Assembly: GCA_963772365.1 (NCBI GenBank)
Contig: CAVYXA010000003.1
Span: 1 to 64,000 of the forward strand
Reading direction: 5' to 3'
Origin: an uncultured Verrucomicrobiae bacterium
GTDB lineage: Bacteria > Verrucomicrobiota > Verrucomicrobiia > Chthoniobacterales > UBA10450
Length of the DNA stretch: 64,000 nt
Every line of letters begins with the position of its first letter. Position 1 is the stretch's first letter. This document shows, in pieces, positions 1 to 9,528 of this stretch. The notes beneath the pieces were generated by a model. That model saw nothing but the letters and a program-made list of their open reading frames with translations, had not been told where the DNA came from and made no database searches. A program made the translations under genes and the position numbers.

Positions 1-53
1 CCCTGGGCCTTGCCCGCTGGTGGCGGCCCCTGGCCTAGTGTAGGAGTCCGGAC

Positions 54-637
54 ATGGCTGGGAAAAAGAAGGCAAAGAAGGCAAAGCAGGCAAAGCGGGC
101 AACGTCGCCCACGGTCAGAAAACCAGCGGCCAAAAAGCAGGCCCCGGAGCAAGCAGGCTCCGCGCAAGCAGTCGCCCTCTCGGGGCGCCGGCGAGGGGGG
201 CCAGGCGCCGAGCTTCTCATTGCTCATTGAAGATGGGGCGCTCGTCAGCTCGGCTTCGCTCAAGGGCGCGCCCTACGTCCTCTACTTTTACCCCAAGGAC
301 GACACGCCGGGCTGCACCAAGGAGGCGTGCGACTTTCGTGACAGCGCGCGAACCTTCAAAAGGCTCGGCGTGCGCGTGATTGGCGTGAGCCCGGATTTAG
401 GCCAGCCACATCAGGTTTCGCAACAAGCACAAGCTGACCTTCACGCTGCTTTCCGATCCGGACAAGGTGCTGGCCCATGCCTACGGCGTATGGGTCAAGA
501 AAGTGAACTACGGACGCGAGTACATGTGGATCTTGCGCAGTACTTTTTTCGTCGACGCGCGCGGCACGATAAAAAAGGCCTGGCGGGGCGTTCGCGTGCC
601 GGGCCACGTCGACGCCGTCCTATCCGAGGCAGGGTAG
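54..637 (+). CDS. bcp: Peroxiredoxin Bcp/PrxQ with Lys-rich N-terminal extension (frameshifted, probably sequencing error)
   Basis: YFYPKDDTPGCTKEACDFRD motif. TAGGAG RBS before ATG at 54. C-terminus VPGHVDAVL lies in another frame. Confidence 0.85.
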
Positions 638-641
638 TCGG

Positions 642-1487
642 GTGAAGCGGCTCGGTCGCATCGTCGGTTTTGCGCTCTTGGCGCTCGCGCTCATCGGTTG
701 CGAGGCGGCTGCGAAAAAGAGCGTCGCGGCGGGCCTTCGTCACGTCAAGATGCTCGGGGAAGCTGCCGAAGCCGATCTCGGCGAGGTGAGACACGGATTG
801 CCGGAGGGTGCGCGGGTCTTGAGTGGCTGGTCGATTGGTCCACGCCGCTCAAGGACAACGTGCCCAGCGCTCGCGAGGCGCTGGAGAAGGCGCGCGACAA
901 GGTGCAAGACCTGCGCGTCGCCAAGAGCACATTTTTCGCGCTGGTCGACCGGATGGCACCATCATTCGGAACGATCGCGACCAAGATTTGATGGCCGGCA
1001 AGAACCTGTTTGCCGCGTTCCCAGAGGCCAAGGACGCATTGACGCGCGGCTACATCGAGACGCGCGGCTCGATGCCTGAAGCTGCCGGGGTGCGCGGGCG
1101 TCCGGACGCCCAATGGGTCGCGGTGAGCCCCGTCAAAGCGGACTCCCGAACCGTGGCGCTCTATGCGACCGGCTGGTCTTGGTCGGCGTACGCCTACCGA
1201 CTCGAGACGGCGCTTCGCTCGAGCGAGCTCTCAGAGCTCAAGCAGGGTGACAAGATGCCGCTGCTCTACGTTTATGTTTTGGTCGACCAGGCCGCCTACG
1301 GCGCACCGGTTTCGCCCGAGGTCAACGCGAAGGCGATTGCTGAGCGTGACCGCTGAAAAAGCTCGCCGGTGGCCAGCCCTACAGCGAAGAGCTCGAGATC
1401 ACGGGTCGTGGCTTCGGGCTGGTGGCGACTTCGGTCCCAGGGCTCAAGAGACCGGTCGGCATCGCCGTGCTGCGCAGCGAGACCTGA
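642..1487 (+). CDS. Hypothetical lipoprotein, possibly Cache-like (frameshifted)
   Basis: Lipobox-like LIGC after a hydrophobic stretch. Coding-like pieces in ORFs 642, 698 and 823 join to end ...LRSET-stop. Confidence 0.55.
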
Positions 1488-1505
1488 GCGGCTCTCTGCC
1501 CGGGC

Positions 1506-1718
1506 CTAGCGGGTGCGCCTGGCGCGACGCTTGGGCTTCGGGGCCGGCTCGGGCCCCTGACGGCCGAAGCGGTGTAGGCCATACATGAGCGCCAGCAGCC
1601 CGACGACGGCGATCCAGCCGCCAACCCCTGCGCCCCCGTTGCCGTTCAGCGAGAGCGCGATGCCCATGAGCGCCGTGGTGGCCGCCGCGCCAATCAGCTT
1701 CTTTGCGTCTGAAAGCAC
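1506..1718 (-). CDS. Small membrane protein
   Basis: GTG start, two hydrophobic segments and a basic tail. Confidence 0.4.
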   Translation of the reverse strand: MLSDAKKLIGAAATTALMGIALSLNGNGGAGVGGWIAVVGLLALMYGLHRFGRQGPEPAPKPKRRARRTR

Positions 1719-1732
1719 GCTGGGGGCCAGGG

Positions 1733-2247
1733 TCAGGGCCAGCCCTCGGTTTGTGCGCGCACGAGAAAGTACCACGTCGCGGGCGAGCTTGTTCTCCGCC
1801 GTCACCGTCGTCTCTTCGCGTGCGGCGCCGACCTGGTCGTCGTAGAGATAGTCGGTGTCGTAGAGCAGAAGGGCGAAGGCCCCCTCGTCGTCGCCCGAGC
1901 CTCGCACTCCTTGCAATGCATCGGACGCCGATGAATTCTCGGAGGCATGGCATTGCCGAGCGCCGTGCGCTCGCTCTGCGTCGTGTAGGCGACCCCGTAC
2001 TTGTGACCATCGGCACGAACGTCGACCTCGAGCTTGACGCCTGAGCCGAGCTCGATCGGCAGCCCGGGCACGGGTTTTTCGTGCTCGTCGCGAAAGGCCC
2101 CAGCAATGATCTGAATCGCGCGACGCTCGTCGAGCCCCCGCATCCCGCCGGGTTTGCCGTCCGCGGCGGAGGGCTGCCGCAGGCGCTGGTCGCGACGGCA
2201 ATCAGGCAGCAGAGCCCCCACAGGCCGCGGCGAAAATCCGCATGCAC
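1733..2247 (-). CDS. Hypothetical lipoprotein (frameshifted)
   Basis: TSAC lipobox. Pieces LDERRAIQII, YGVAY and LYDDQVG...KLARD...EGWP-stop lie in different frames. Confidence 0.5.
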
Positions 2248-2390
2248 AATCGCCCGATCGCCGGAGGGACGGCCCATCGCACGCAAAAGGTAGCCAACCG
2301 GCCCGGCTTTCGCTAGCTCTCGTGCACTGTGCTGGCGTCGTTTCTGCCGAAATGCCTGACCCTGGGCCCCGCGGCCCTCGGGCTGATTGC

Positions 2391-2963
2391 ATGCTCCCAG
2401 GCGACGATTTCCATCCCCAGAGCGCCGCTCAGCGCTATGCCCAGGCCGTCAAAAGGGCGATGCTCCAGGCGATCTACGCCATGCTGACCAAGAGCTCCCA
2501 GCGTCGCTACGGGCTCGCGGGCACCCAGGCACTGGTGGCAGGCTCTGCGCGTGAGCTCAGGGCTCAGGCCAGCGCCCTGGCCGGCCCCGGGGTGGAGGTC
2601 CAAGCCACCGCCGAGCTCCGGTTCGCCGACGGGGAGAGCGTTGTGCTCGTGCTCGATGAGGGACGCTTCCGCGTCGGCTCGGCCGGGACGCTGCCGGCGC
2701 AGGGAAGCACGGTGCCCGAAGCACTGGCGGCCCTGCGGCGTGCGCTTTCCGAGCGCAGCTACTCGGCGCTTTTACGCCTGCTTTCGGCGCAGACCCGAGC
2801 CGCAATCGAGCGCGACCTCGGCTCTCTGGTCGAGGGTCTGGAGCACCCAGAATCGCTCGAGCTCGAGGAGGATGGCGACGCCGCGAGCGTTTCGGTGCCC
2901 GGGGGTCACATCATCAAGCTCAGGCGCGAGGGCGGCGTCTGGCGTGTCGAGGACTTCGACTGA
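2391..2963 (+). CDS. Hypothetical protein (start uncertain)
   Basis: Open frame ending WRVEDFD; stop overlaps the next ATG. Confidence 0.5.
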   Translation: MLPGDDFHPQSAAQRYAQAVKRAMLQAIYAMLTKSSQRRYGLAGTQALVAGSARELRAQASALAGPGVEVQATAELRFADGESVVLVLDEGRFRVGSAGTLPAQGSTVPEALAALRRALSERSYSALLRLLSAQTRAAIERDLGSLVEGLEHPESLELEEDGDAASVSVPGGHIIKLRREGGVWRVEDFD

Positions 2964-3742
2964 TGCCCCACGCTACTGTTTTCGGTCGCCGCACGGCGCT
3001 CGCGCTTCTGTCCGGGCTCAGTGGAGCGCTCCTGGCGCCCTCGGCGCTCGCGTTCGGTCAAGCGGGCACCTTCAGCGCGCGCCTCCTGTCCACGGGGGGT
3101 CGGCGCCTCGGAGGCGTACGCAAGACGGCGCCGGCCCGTTGGGAATGGGAGCTGGTTCGACGTACCAGCGCACCCGCCCGGCTCGTCACCGTCGAAGTTT
3201 CCGCTGACAAGAGCGAGAATGTCAAGGAGCCCTTCTTGGTCTGGGCCGGGAGCCACGAGGTGCTGCCGCTCACGGCCTCGGAGCGGCGCGGGCTCGGGCA
3301 ATTCTTCGAGCTCGGGGGCATCCTCGTGGTCGACGATTCGGACCCCAAGCAAGGCGTGTTCGGGCGCTCGGCTCGGCGCGAGCTGCGGCGCATCTTGCCC
3401 GAGTCGCCGCTGGTCAGGCTCGATCCCAAGCATGTCGATCTTCAAGAGCTACTACATCATCGAATCGTCCCCGTGGGCCGCGTTGCCGGACCGCGCTACC
3501 TGGAGGGCATTTCGCGCGGGAAGAACGCCCAGGTGATCTTCCTGCAGCACGACCTGCTCGGCGCGCTCTCACGTGCCGACGGCGACAGCTGGGCGCTCGA
3601 GGTCGACGGCGGCAGCCAGGCGCGCGAGATGGCTTTGCGTCTGGCCGTCAATCTAGCCATGTACGTTCTTTGCTCGGATTACAAGGATGACTCCGTGCAC
3701 GCGCCGTGGCTCATGCGCCGGCGCGCGCGCAGCAGCCCCTGA
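2963..3742 (+). CDS. DUF4159 domain protein with Tat-like signal
   Basis: GRR-x-ALAL N-terminus, GGILVVDD and RLAVNLAMYVLCSDYKDD motifs. Confidence 0.75.
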   Translation: MPHATVFGRRTALALLSGLSGALLAPSALAFGQAGTFSARLLSTGGRRLGGVRKTAPARWEWELVRRTSAPARLVTVEVSADKSENVKEPFLVWAGSHEVLPLTASERRGLGQFFELGGILVVDDSDPKQGVFGRSARRELRRILPESPLVRLDPKHVDLQELLHHRIVPVGRVAGPRYLEGISRGKNAQVIFLQHDLLGALSRADGDSWALEVDGGSQAREMALRLAVNLAMYVLCSDYKDDSVHAPWLMRRRARSSP

Positions 3743-3747
3743 GGCGC

Positions 3748-4299
3748 ATGCTCGAGCGCTACTGGGCTGTTTCCGAGGACTTGCCTCGTGCCGCGGTGAT
3801 TGCAACGCTCGCGATCGTGGCGATTTGGCTCGTGTGGCTGCTGTTCGAGCTCGTTCGTCGCGAGGGCCCACGGCTCGCGATCTTGCTCACCGGAATCGCG
3901 GCAGCGCTGTTCGTCGTGCTCGCCGTCCTGCGACCGGTCGAGGTGAAGGCGAGAGGCAGCAAGCTCGGCCCGAAGGTCTTGGTGCTCGTCGATCAGTCGC
4001 GCCGACTCACGGTCAAGGACGGGCCGACCCACGCATCGAACGCGCACGCGAGGTGCTCGGCGCCCTCGAGCGGCACTACGGAGACGCGCGGCTGTCCGTG
4101 TACGGGTTTGCCGATGGGAGCGTCAAGCTGCTCACCCAGGTTGAACGCAAGAAGCTCTCGGCACATGGCGTGGAGAGCGACCTGCTCTCGGCGCTCGACG
4201 CCCTCGGGCGCAGCGAAGAAGAGCGGCCCGGCGCAATCGTTGTCGTGTCGGACGGTCGGCTTTCGCGCCCGGCTTCGGGTCTCGATACCGCGGCGCTCA
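3748..4299 (+). CDS. Membrane-anchored vWA-like protein, N-terminal part truncated at the junction
   Basis: TM helices, AVLRP, VLVDQSR and IVVVSDG (frameshifted), then abrupt change to mfd sequence. Confidence 0.55.
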
Positions 4300-4749
4300 T
4301 ATTTTGTCGCGACCAACGAAGCCGAGTTTGCAACTGTAGGGGAACCTGACAGGTTCCCCACGAGCGCAGCCAAAAGGGAAGCTGTCAGCTTCCCCTATAG
4401 AGTCCCAGCGTTCATCCCCATTTCCTACATCAGCGATTCCGGCTTGCGGATCAAAGCGTATCGCGAGATCGCAGAAATCACGACGCGCGACCAGCTGCAA
4501 CGGCTCCGGAATGACTGGCGGGACCGGTTTGGACGCCCGCCGGAGGCGGTTGACAATTTATGGCTTCTCGGCGAAATCAAGCTTGCCGCAGCCGAGGCCG
4601 GCATCAGCCGCGTGGAAGTCCGCGAGGGAAAGGTGATGCTGACGCGGCGCGGGGATTTTATACTTGTTGGTGGCAAGTTCCCCCGTTTAGTTACCCGAAC
4701 AATTCAGGAGCATCTCGGCGAGCTCCTGGAGACGATTAAGAAATTATGA
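4300..4749 (+). CDS. mfd: Transcription-repair coupling factor, C-terminal TRCF domain only (5' truncated)
   Basis: AFIPISYISDSGLRIKAYREIA...DWRDRFGRPPEAVDNL, upstream of surA-pdxA. Confidence 0.85.
   Translation, partial: YFVATNEAEFATVGEPDRFPTSAAKREAVSFPYRVPAFIPISYISDSGLRIKAYREIAEITTRDQLQRLRNDWRDRFGRPPEAVDNLWLLGEIKLAAAEAGISRVEVREGKVMLTRRGDFILVGGKFPRLVTRTIQEHLGELLETIKKL
4334..4400. repeat. GTAG-class REP doublet inside mfd
   Basis: CTGTAGGGGAACCTGACAGGTTCCC and GGGAAGCTGTCAGCTTCCCCTATAG are inverted, 22/25 match. Confidence 0.75.
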
Positions 4750-5735
4750 AGCGCATGATCTGTCATTTTGGACTTGCCTCTGGCGGCGGTTCTGGGGCTC
4801 GCTTTATCGCCTCTTTGTCACGCTGCTTATGCGGCTGGAACGGAAATTGTCGATGGCATCGCGGCGGTTGTGAACGGGGATGTCATCACCTATTCGCAGG
4901 TGCGCTCTTATCCGAGCCGCGCGAGAAATTACTCCGTTCCCAATACACCGGAGACGAGCTCGTAGCCAAGATCAAGGAGGCCCGCCAGGCTGCGATGCAG
5001 GACCTGATCGACCGGCAACTGATTCTTCAAGCGTTCAAGAAGGAAAATTTTGCAAGTTCCAGATCATTTCGTCGAGCAACACATGCACGACATCATTCGC
5101 GATAATTTGGCGGCGACCGCAACACGTTTATCAAAACGCTCGAAGCGCAGAATTACACCTTGGGCGAATTCAAGCAATTGGAGACCGAACGGATGATCGT
5201 CCAGGCCATGCGAAGCAAGAACGTCAATTCAAATACGGTCGTTTCACCCGCAAAAATCGAGGAATATTACAAGCAGCATGTCGACCATTTTTCGGCGAAG
5301 CAACAAGTGAAACTGCGCATGATCATGATCCCGGGCAAAGCAGACACTGGTAATTCGGCCGCTCAAAAAGCGATGGCCGAAGAAGTTCTGGAGAAACTAA
5401 ACAGCGGCGCGGAATTCGATCGCACGGCTCAAGTCTACTCGGAAGACAGCACTCGCGATCTCGGTGGCGATTGGGGTTGGATCGAGCGAAAGACACTGGC
5501 TGGGCCGCTCGAACAAGTCGCGTTTAGTTTGCCGGTCGGAAAAATCAGTTCGATCATCGAGTTCAGCGGCAATTACTACATCCTCAAAGTCGAAGGCAAA
5601 CGAGGCGGCAGCGTTCGTTCGCTTGCTGAAGTCCGGCCCGAGATCGAAAAGCTGTTGATGCAACAGGAAGCGCAGCACCTCCAGGAACGCTGGCTGGCCA
5701 GTCTGCGGTCGAAGGCTTTCATCAAGACCTTCTGA
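4746..5735 (+). CDS. surA: SurA-like parvulin peptidyl-prolyl isomerase (frameshifted)
   Basis: IVDGIAAVVNGDVIT, LIDRQLILQ and YSEDSTRDLGGDWGW motifs; adjacent to pdxA. Confidence 0.8.
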
Positions 5736-5767
5736 GTCTTGTCGATCAAGATCGACAAACTCCAGTC

Positions 5768-5821
5768 GTGCTCCTTGCTCGTGTTCGTGATCGACACGTA
5801 AATACGATTACGAGCACGAGC
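5768..5821. repeat. Imperfect palindrome of CTCGTG/CACGAG hexamer repeats
   Basis: GCTCGTGTTCGTGATCG...CGATTACGAGCACGAGC immediately before the pdxA ATG. Confidence 0.6.
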
Positions 5822-6730
5822 ATGAACACGAAGATTCGGATCGGCATTACACTCGGTGATTGCGCCGGGATCGGGCCTGAGATTGTCGATCTTGCGCTCA
5901 GGAGCGGACGCCTTCCCGATTCGGCGGAATATCCCGTGATTGGCCGGCAACCGAATTGCAAACCCGGCGAGCCGGGCATTGAGACCGCGCGTGCTGCTGC
6001 TGCGGCCCTCGAAGAGGCGGTGACACTCGCTCGGCGTAGCGAGATTCAAGCAATTGTCACCGGCCCGATTCACAAGGCGCGCATGTCCGAAGCCGGCTTC
6101 AAATTTCCAGGGCAGACGGAATTTTTTGCGGAGCGCTGTGGCGTGAAAAATTTCGCCATGAGTTTGACCGGCGGCAAAATCACCGTCGCGCTCGTTACTA
6201 CACATATTCCGTTGAGCGAAGTGTCCCGCGCGCTCAAGCAAAGCGAGATCGTCAGGATTGGACGTTTACTCTTCGATTTTGTTAAGCGTCGCGGGATTGA
6301 ATCGCCGCGCATCGCGGTTGCAGGTCTGAACCCTCACGCCGGCGAATCGGGTAAAATCGGGCGCGAAGAAATCGAGATCATCGGCCCTGCTATTGCGGAA
6401 CTAGAATCGAAAATCAAAAATCGAAAATCAAAAATTGCCGGCCCGGTTTCCCCAGACACGCTCTTCCATAGACTTGTCGAAGGCGAATTCGACGCTGCGT
6501 TGTGCATGTATCACGATCAGGGATTGATCCCGCTCAAGCTGGACGCGTTTCACCAAGGTGTGAATGTCACGCTTGGCCTTCCATTTCCGCGGACAAGCCC
6601 CGATCACGGCACCGCGTTCGATATTGCAGGCAAGGGAATCGCGCGGCCCGATAGTATGATCGCGGCGATCAATCTCGCGGTGGAATTATCTGAAAAACAG
6701 AAGACAACGAAGGAAACAAAGAAGGATTGA
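5822..6730 (+). CDS. pdxA: 4-hydroxythreonine-4-phosphate dehydrogenase
   Basis: GLNPHAGE, MYHDQGLIP and RTSPDHGTAFDIAG motifs. Confidence 0.95.
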   Translation: MNTKIRIGITLGDCAGIGPEIVDLALRSGRLPDSAEYPVIGRQPNCKPGEPGIETARAAAAALEEAVTLARRSEIQAIVTGPIHKARMSEAGFKFPGQTEFFAERCGVKNFAMSLTGGKITVALVTTHIPLSEVSRALKQSEIVRIGRLLFDFVKRRGIESPRIAVAGLNPHAGESGKIGREEIEIIGPAIAELESKIKNRKSKIAGPVSPDTLFHRLVEGEFDAALCMYHDQGLIPLKLDAFHQGVNVTLGLPFPRTSPDHGTAFDIAGKGIARPDSMIAAINLAVELSEKQKTTKETKKD

Positions 6731-6773
6731 TGCTCGCTCAACAAATCTTCGCTGCCTTCGTTTCCTTTTGTTT

Positions 6774-7586
6774 ATGAATGCCAGGATCGACAAGTACATT
6801 TCGGTCTTCAACATCGGGCTGCAAAACACTTTCGTGTATCGCTGGAATTATTTCCTGCGCGCGCTCTTTGGGTTGATCCCGCTCGCGGGAACGGTTTTTC
6901 TCTGGAGCGCGATTTTCAAGGAACGCGGCGGCGGCCTGCACGGCTACGATTACGGGTCGATGATCTATTATTATTTGCTCACGATTCTGGTGAGCAATCT
7001 CGTCACGCCGACCGAGGACGAATGGCAAATCGCCGCCGACATTCGTGAAGGTCAGATCAACGCGCTCCTGACCAAGCCGATTAGTTATCTGGCCTATCGC
7101 TTCAGCATTTTCCTGAGCGGCCGGCTGGTTTACACGTTCGTCACGCTGCCGCCGATCGCGCTCATCTTCATCTATTTCCGCCATTACATCACGCCGCCGG
7201 AACACGCCACGACCTACCTGGTGGCGACCATCTCGATGGTAATGTCAGCGCTGATTCAATTTTTCATCACCTACTCGCTGGCCATGATGGCGTTCTGGAT
7301 TCTCGAGATTTCGACAATCGTTTTCATCGTTTACTCGTTCGAATATTTTCTCGGCGGCCAGATGTTTCCCATCGACATCATGCCGGCCGGAATCCAGGCG
7401 GTGATGAAATGGCTCCCGTTTTATTACGAGCTCTTCTGTCCAATCGCCATTTTTCTCGAGCGCCTCCGCGGCGCCGCGCTCGTGCAAGCGCTGGCGATTC
7501 AAACCGGCTGGCTTCTGGCCGCGTGGGCCTGGGCACATTTCATGTGGAAACGCGGCCTCGGTCATTATCAAGCCGTAGGCGGATAA
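6774..7586 (+). CDS. ABC-2 family transporter permease
   Basis: Multi-TM protein, IREGQINALLTKPISY, ends YQAVGG. Confidence 0.85.
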   Translation: MNARIDKYISVFNIGLQNTFVYRWNYFLRALFGLIPLAGTVFLWSAIFKERGGGLHGYDYGSMIYYYLLTILVSNLVTPTEDEWQIAADIREGQINALLTKPISYLAYRFSIFLSGRLVYTFVTLPPIALIFIYFRHYITPPEHATTYLVATISMVMSALIQFFITYSLAMMAFWILEISTIVFIVYSFEYFLGGQMFPIDIMPAGIQAVMKWLPFYYELFCPIAIFLERLRGAALVQALAIQTGWLLAAWAWAHFMWKRGLGHYQAVGG

Positions 7587-7619
7587 GCTTGGCGGTATCA
7601 GATCAGATTTGAACCCTGA

Positions 7620-8021
7620 TTACAGACTCGCGCGCAGGGTTTTTACATGCGGGTAAGCAAGAATCAAATCATCCGCCGTGAGTAGCGTCAGCTTTTCCAA
7701 GCGCGCAGTCGCCACTCATACACGATCGGCTGGATCACTGTGGAAGTGACCGGGCAACTGATATGCTTCCCAGGCAATCTCGTGCGTTAGCGTCAATGTA
7801 AGTGCATGAAGATTGCCAAGCGAAAGGTCTTTCCACTGCGGAAATGGATGTTTGAACCGCAAGCGATCTGCCTGCATCATGCGCGCGATCTCAAATGTCG
7901 AAATTGCCGACACGAATCGTTCCTGGGTAAGATCGTTTAACGCGCGCCGGGTCTGGTGTCCAAGTCGCTCTGGAGACTCCTGACTCCAGATCCAGACATG
8001 CGTATCGAGCAAGTACCTCAC
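7620..8021 (-). pseudogene. vapC: VapC/PIN toxin with in-frame TGA at 7716-7718
   Basis: LLDTH...SAISTFE...HSDPADRV-stop-VATARLEKLTLLTADD; the frame continues to TAA at 7620. Confidence 0.8.
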
Positions 8022-8245
8022 TGCTCGATAAAGTCCTTGTCCAGATCGGATCGAATGATGTCGCCTTTGATTTCGATCCACCCCTTCAAACCTCCGAGGA
8101 CGCACTTATCGCTTGGCGCGATCGGTTCGACACGAACCATGGGTTCGCCGCGCAGGGTCACTACAATCGGCCTCTTTGTTTTTTTTACGTCCTTGAGCAT
8201 TTGGATGCACTTGGCCTTAAACTCAGAGATGAGGACTGTCTTCAC
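8018..8245 (-). CDS. Phd/YefM family antitoxin
   Basis: ISEFKAKCIQML...PIVVTLRGEP; overlaps the toxin start (GTGA). Confidence 0.85.
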   Translation of the reverse strand: MKTVLISEFKAKCIQMLKDVKKTKRPIVVTLRGEPMVRVEPIAPSDKCVLGGLKGWIEIKGDIIRSDLDKDFIEQ

Positions 8246-8252
8246 GGCTTAA

Positions 8253-8281
8253 ATTCTAACCTGGTCAACTGACTAGGTCAA
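8253..8281 (-). promoter_or_regulatory. Sigma70 promoter with palindromic operator for the TA operon
   Basis: TTGACC-17 bp-TAGAAT on the minus strand; inverted repeat CCTGGTCA-AC-TGACTAGG at 8260-8277. Confidence 0.7.
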
Positions 8282-8337
8282 CTTGGGCAGTGGCTGAGTC
8301 CGCCGAGATCCAATCCGGTCAATCCTGTTTACTTCGC

Positions 8338-8489
8338 TCTGTCCAATCGCCATTTTCCTCGAACGCCTCAAAGGCGCCGAGCTAATCCAAGCGTTGTTGA
8401 TCCAAACCGGCTGGCTCTTGGCCGCGTGGGCCTGGGCACATTTCATGTGGAAGCGCGGCCTCGGTCATTATCAAGCCGTCGGCGGTTAG
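8338..8489 (+). pseudogene. Diverged duplicate of the 3' 152 bp of the ABC-2 permease (7435-7586)
   Basis: Direct alignment: 19 mismatches in 152 bp, no indels, ends YQAVGG-stop. Confidence 0.9.
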
Positions 8490-9193
8490 AATTGGGGACC
8501 GGGGGCGTATGCTGCACATCCGCTGCTGCAATTGACGGCGCGCCCGTCGAACGGACTGGCGCTGTTTGCACACACCCCAAAATCCAGCAGCGAACCGTCT
8601 CCATCGATTCGGACGAACCACTTACAGCCAGCGCAATTTCCAGTCTTTGGTTCTGACACAGGAGTGCCCCAACGCTGCGCAATTGCATCTGCGCGATCAA
8701 ACATCGCTGCCTCTTCGGCCATCATTCCAGATCCTCTCCCATCCCCGGCATACAATCGGCCGCTCTCACATGACAGCCAACTGTTATTCGGCAACCGAAT
8801 GTTCCACTGAGGATCACCCGAAACCATGACCATCGAGCGCAAACGAAGACCGTTCGAGAAATCGAGGATGAGCTCGGGCACCGCTCCGAAGACAGAAATA
8901 TTTTCTATCTTTGTTCCTCGGAGGCCGCTGACACCCTTTTCGATTTTCGGTCGGCTATTCGAGCTTCCATACAATACTTTCGATGCCTCTTCGACTCTCC
9001 AGTCCCATTCGAAGAAGATGCAAGCTTCCCCGCACTGGTGATGCCGTCCTTCCTTCAACGGAGCAAGCCGACCCAACTCTAGAAAGATCGCTGAGCCGTA
9101 ACCTTTCCATGGAAGTGACACGCAAAGTCCTAACAACGGACGAACAAAATCGTCGAACTGAGCAATCGATATTTCAGTTCGGTGGTTTGTCAC
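8486..9193 (-). CDS. Hypothetical protein with C-terminal DUF3027-like Cys motif
   Basis: CAGCKWF...FGVCANSASPFDG...SGC. Confidence 0.65.
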   Translation of the reverse strand: MTNHRTEISIAQFDDFVRPLLGLCVSLPWKGYGSAIFLELGRLAPLKEGRHHQCGEACIFFEWDWRVEEASKVLYGSSNSRPKIEKGVSGLRGTKIENISVFGAVPELILDFSNGLRLRSMVMVSGDPQWNIRLPNNSWLSCESGRLYAGDGRGSGMMAEEAAMFDRADAIAQRWGTPVSEPKTGNCAGCKWFVRIDGDGSLLDFGVCANSASPFDGRAVNCSSGCAAYAPGPQF

Positions 9194-9515
9194 TTGGTCG
9201 TCGATAAGCTGACTGCTTTCCAGGCTTTGAAGCCGCCGGCCATGGAACGGACGTTCTTGCAGCCCATTTTTTGCAAACTCTCGGCGGCGAGCGCAGAGCG
9301 GCCGCCGCCACCGCGGTGACAGATGATCGTCATCTCGCGATCGGGAAATTTGTCTTCGACCTCCAACTCGAGCATTCCGCGGCTGATGTGGACCGCATCG
9401 GGAATGTGCGATTCATCGAATTCATCTTCGCCGACATCGACAATCATCGCGCCGCTGCTCTTTGCCTTGGCGGCGGCTCGGTCGGCCAAATCACGGTGAT
9501 TTCCTTCTTACGCTG
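9190..9515 (-). pseudogene. Rhodanese-domain gene remnant (5' truncated, active-site Cys replaced by Arg)
   Basis: IVDV, HIPDAVHI, ICHRGGGGRSALAA and MAGGFKAW; no proper start and an N-terminal indel. Confidence 0.75.
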
Positions 9516-9528
9516 ATCAACGGCCGGA

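Noticed and set aside
3706..4749. Novel membrane protein-TRCF fusion ORF
   Set aside because: It spans the chimeric junction and frameshifted segments, so it is an artefact.
7716..7718. Selenocysteine or recoded TGA in vapC
   Set aside because: The position corresponds to a hydrophobic residue, not Cys, and TGA is used as a stop throughout the window.
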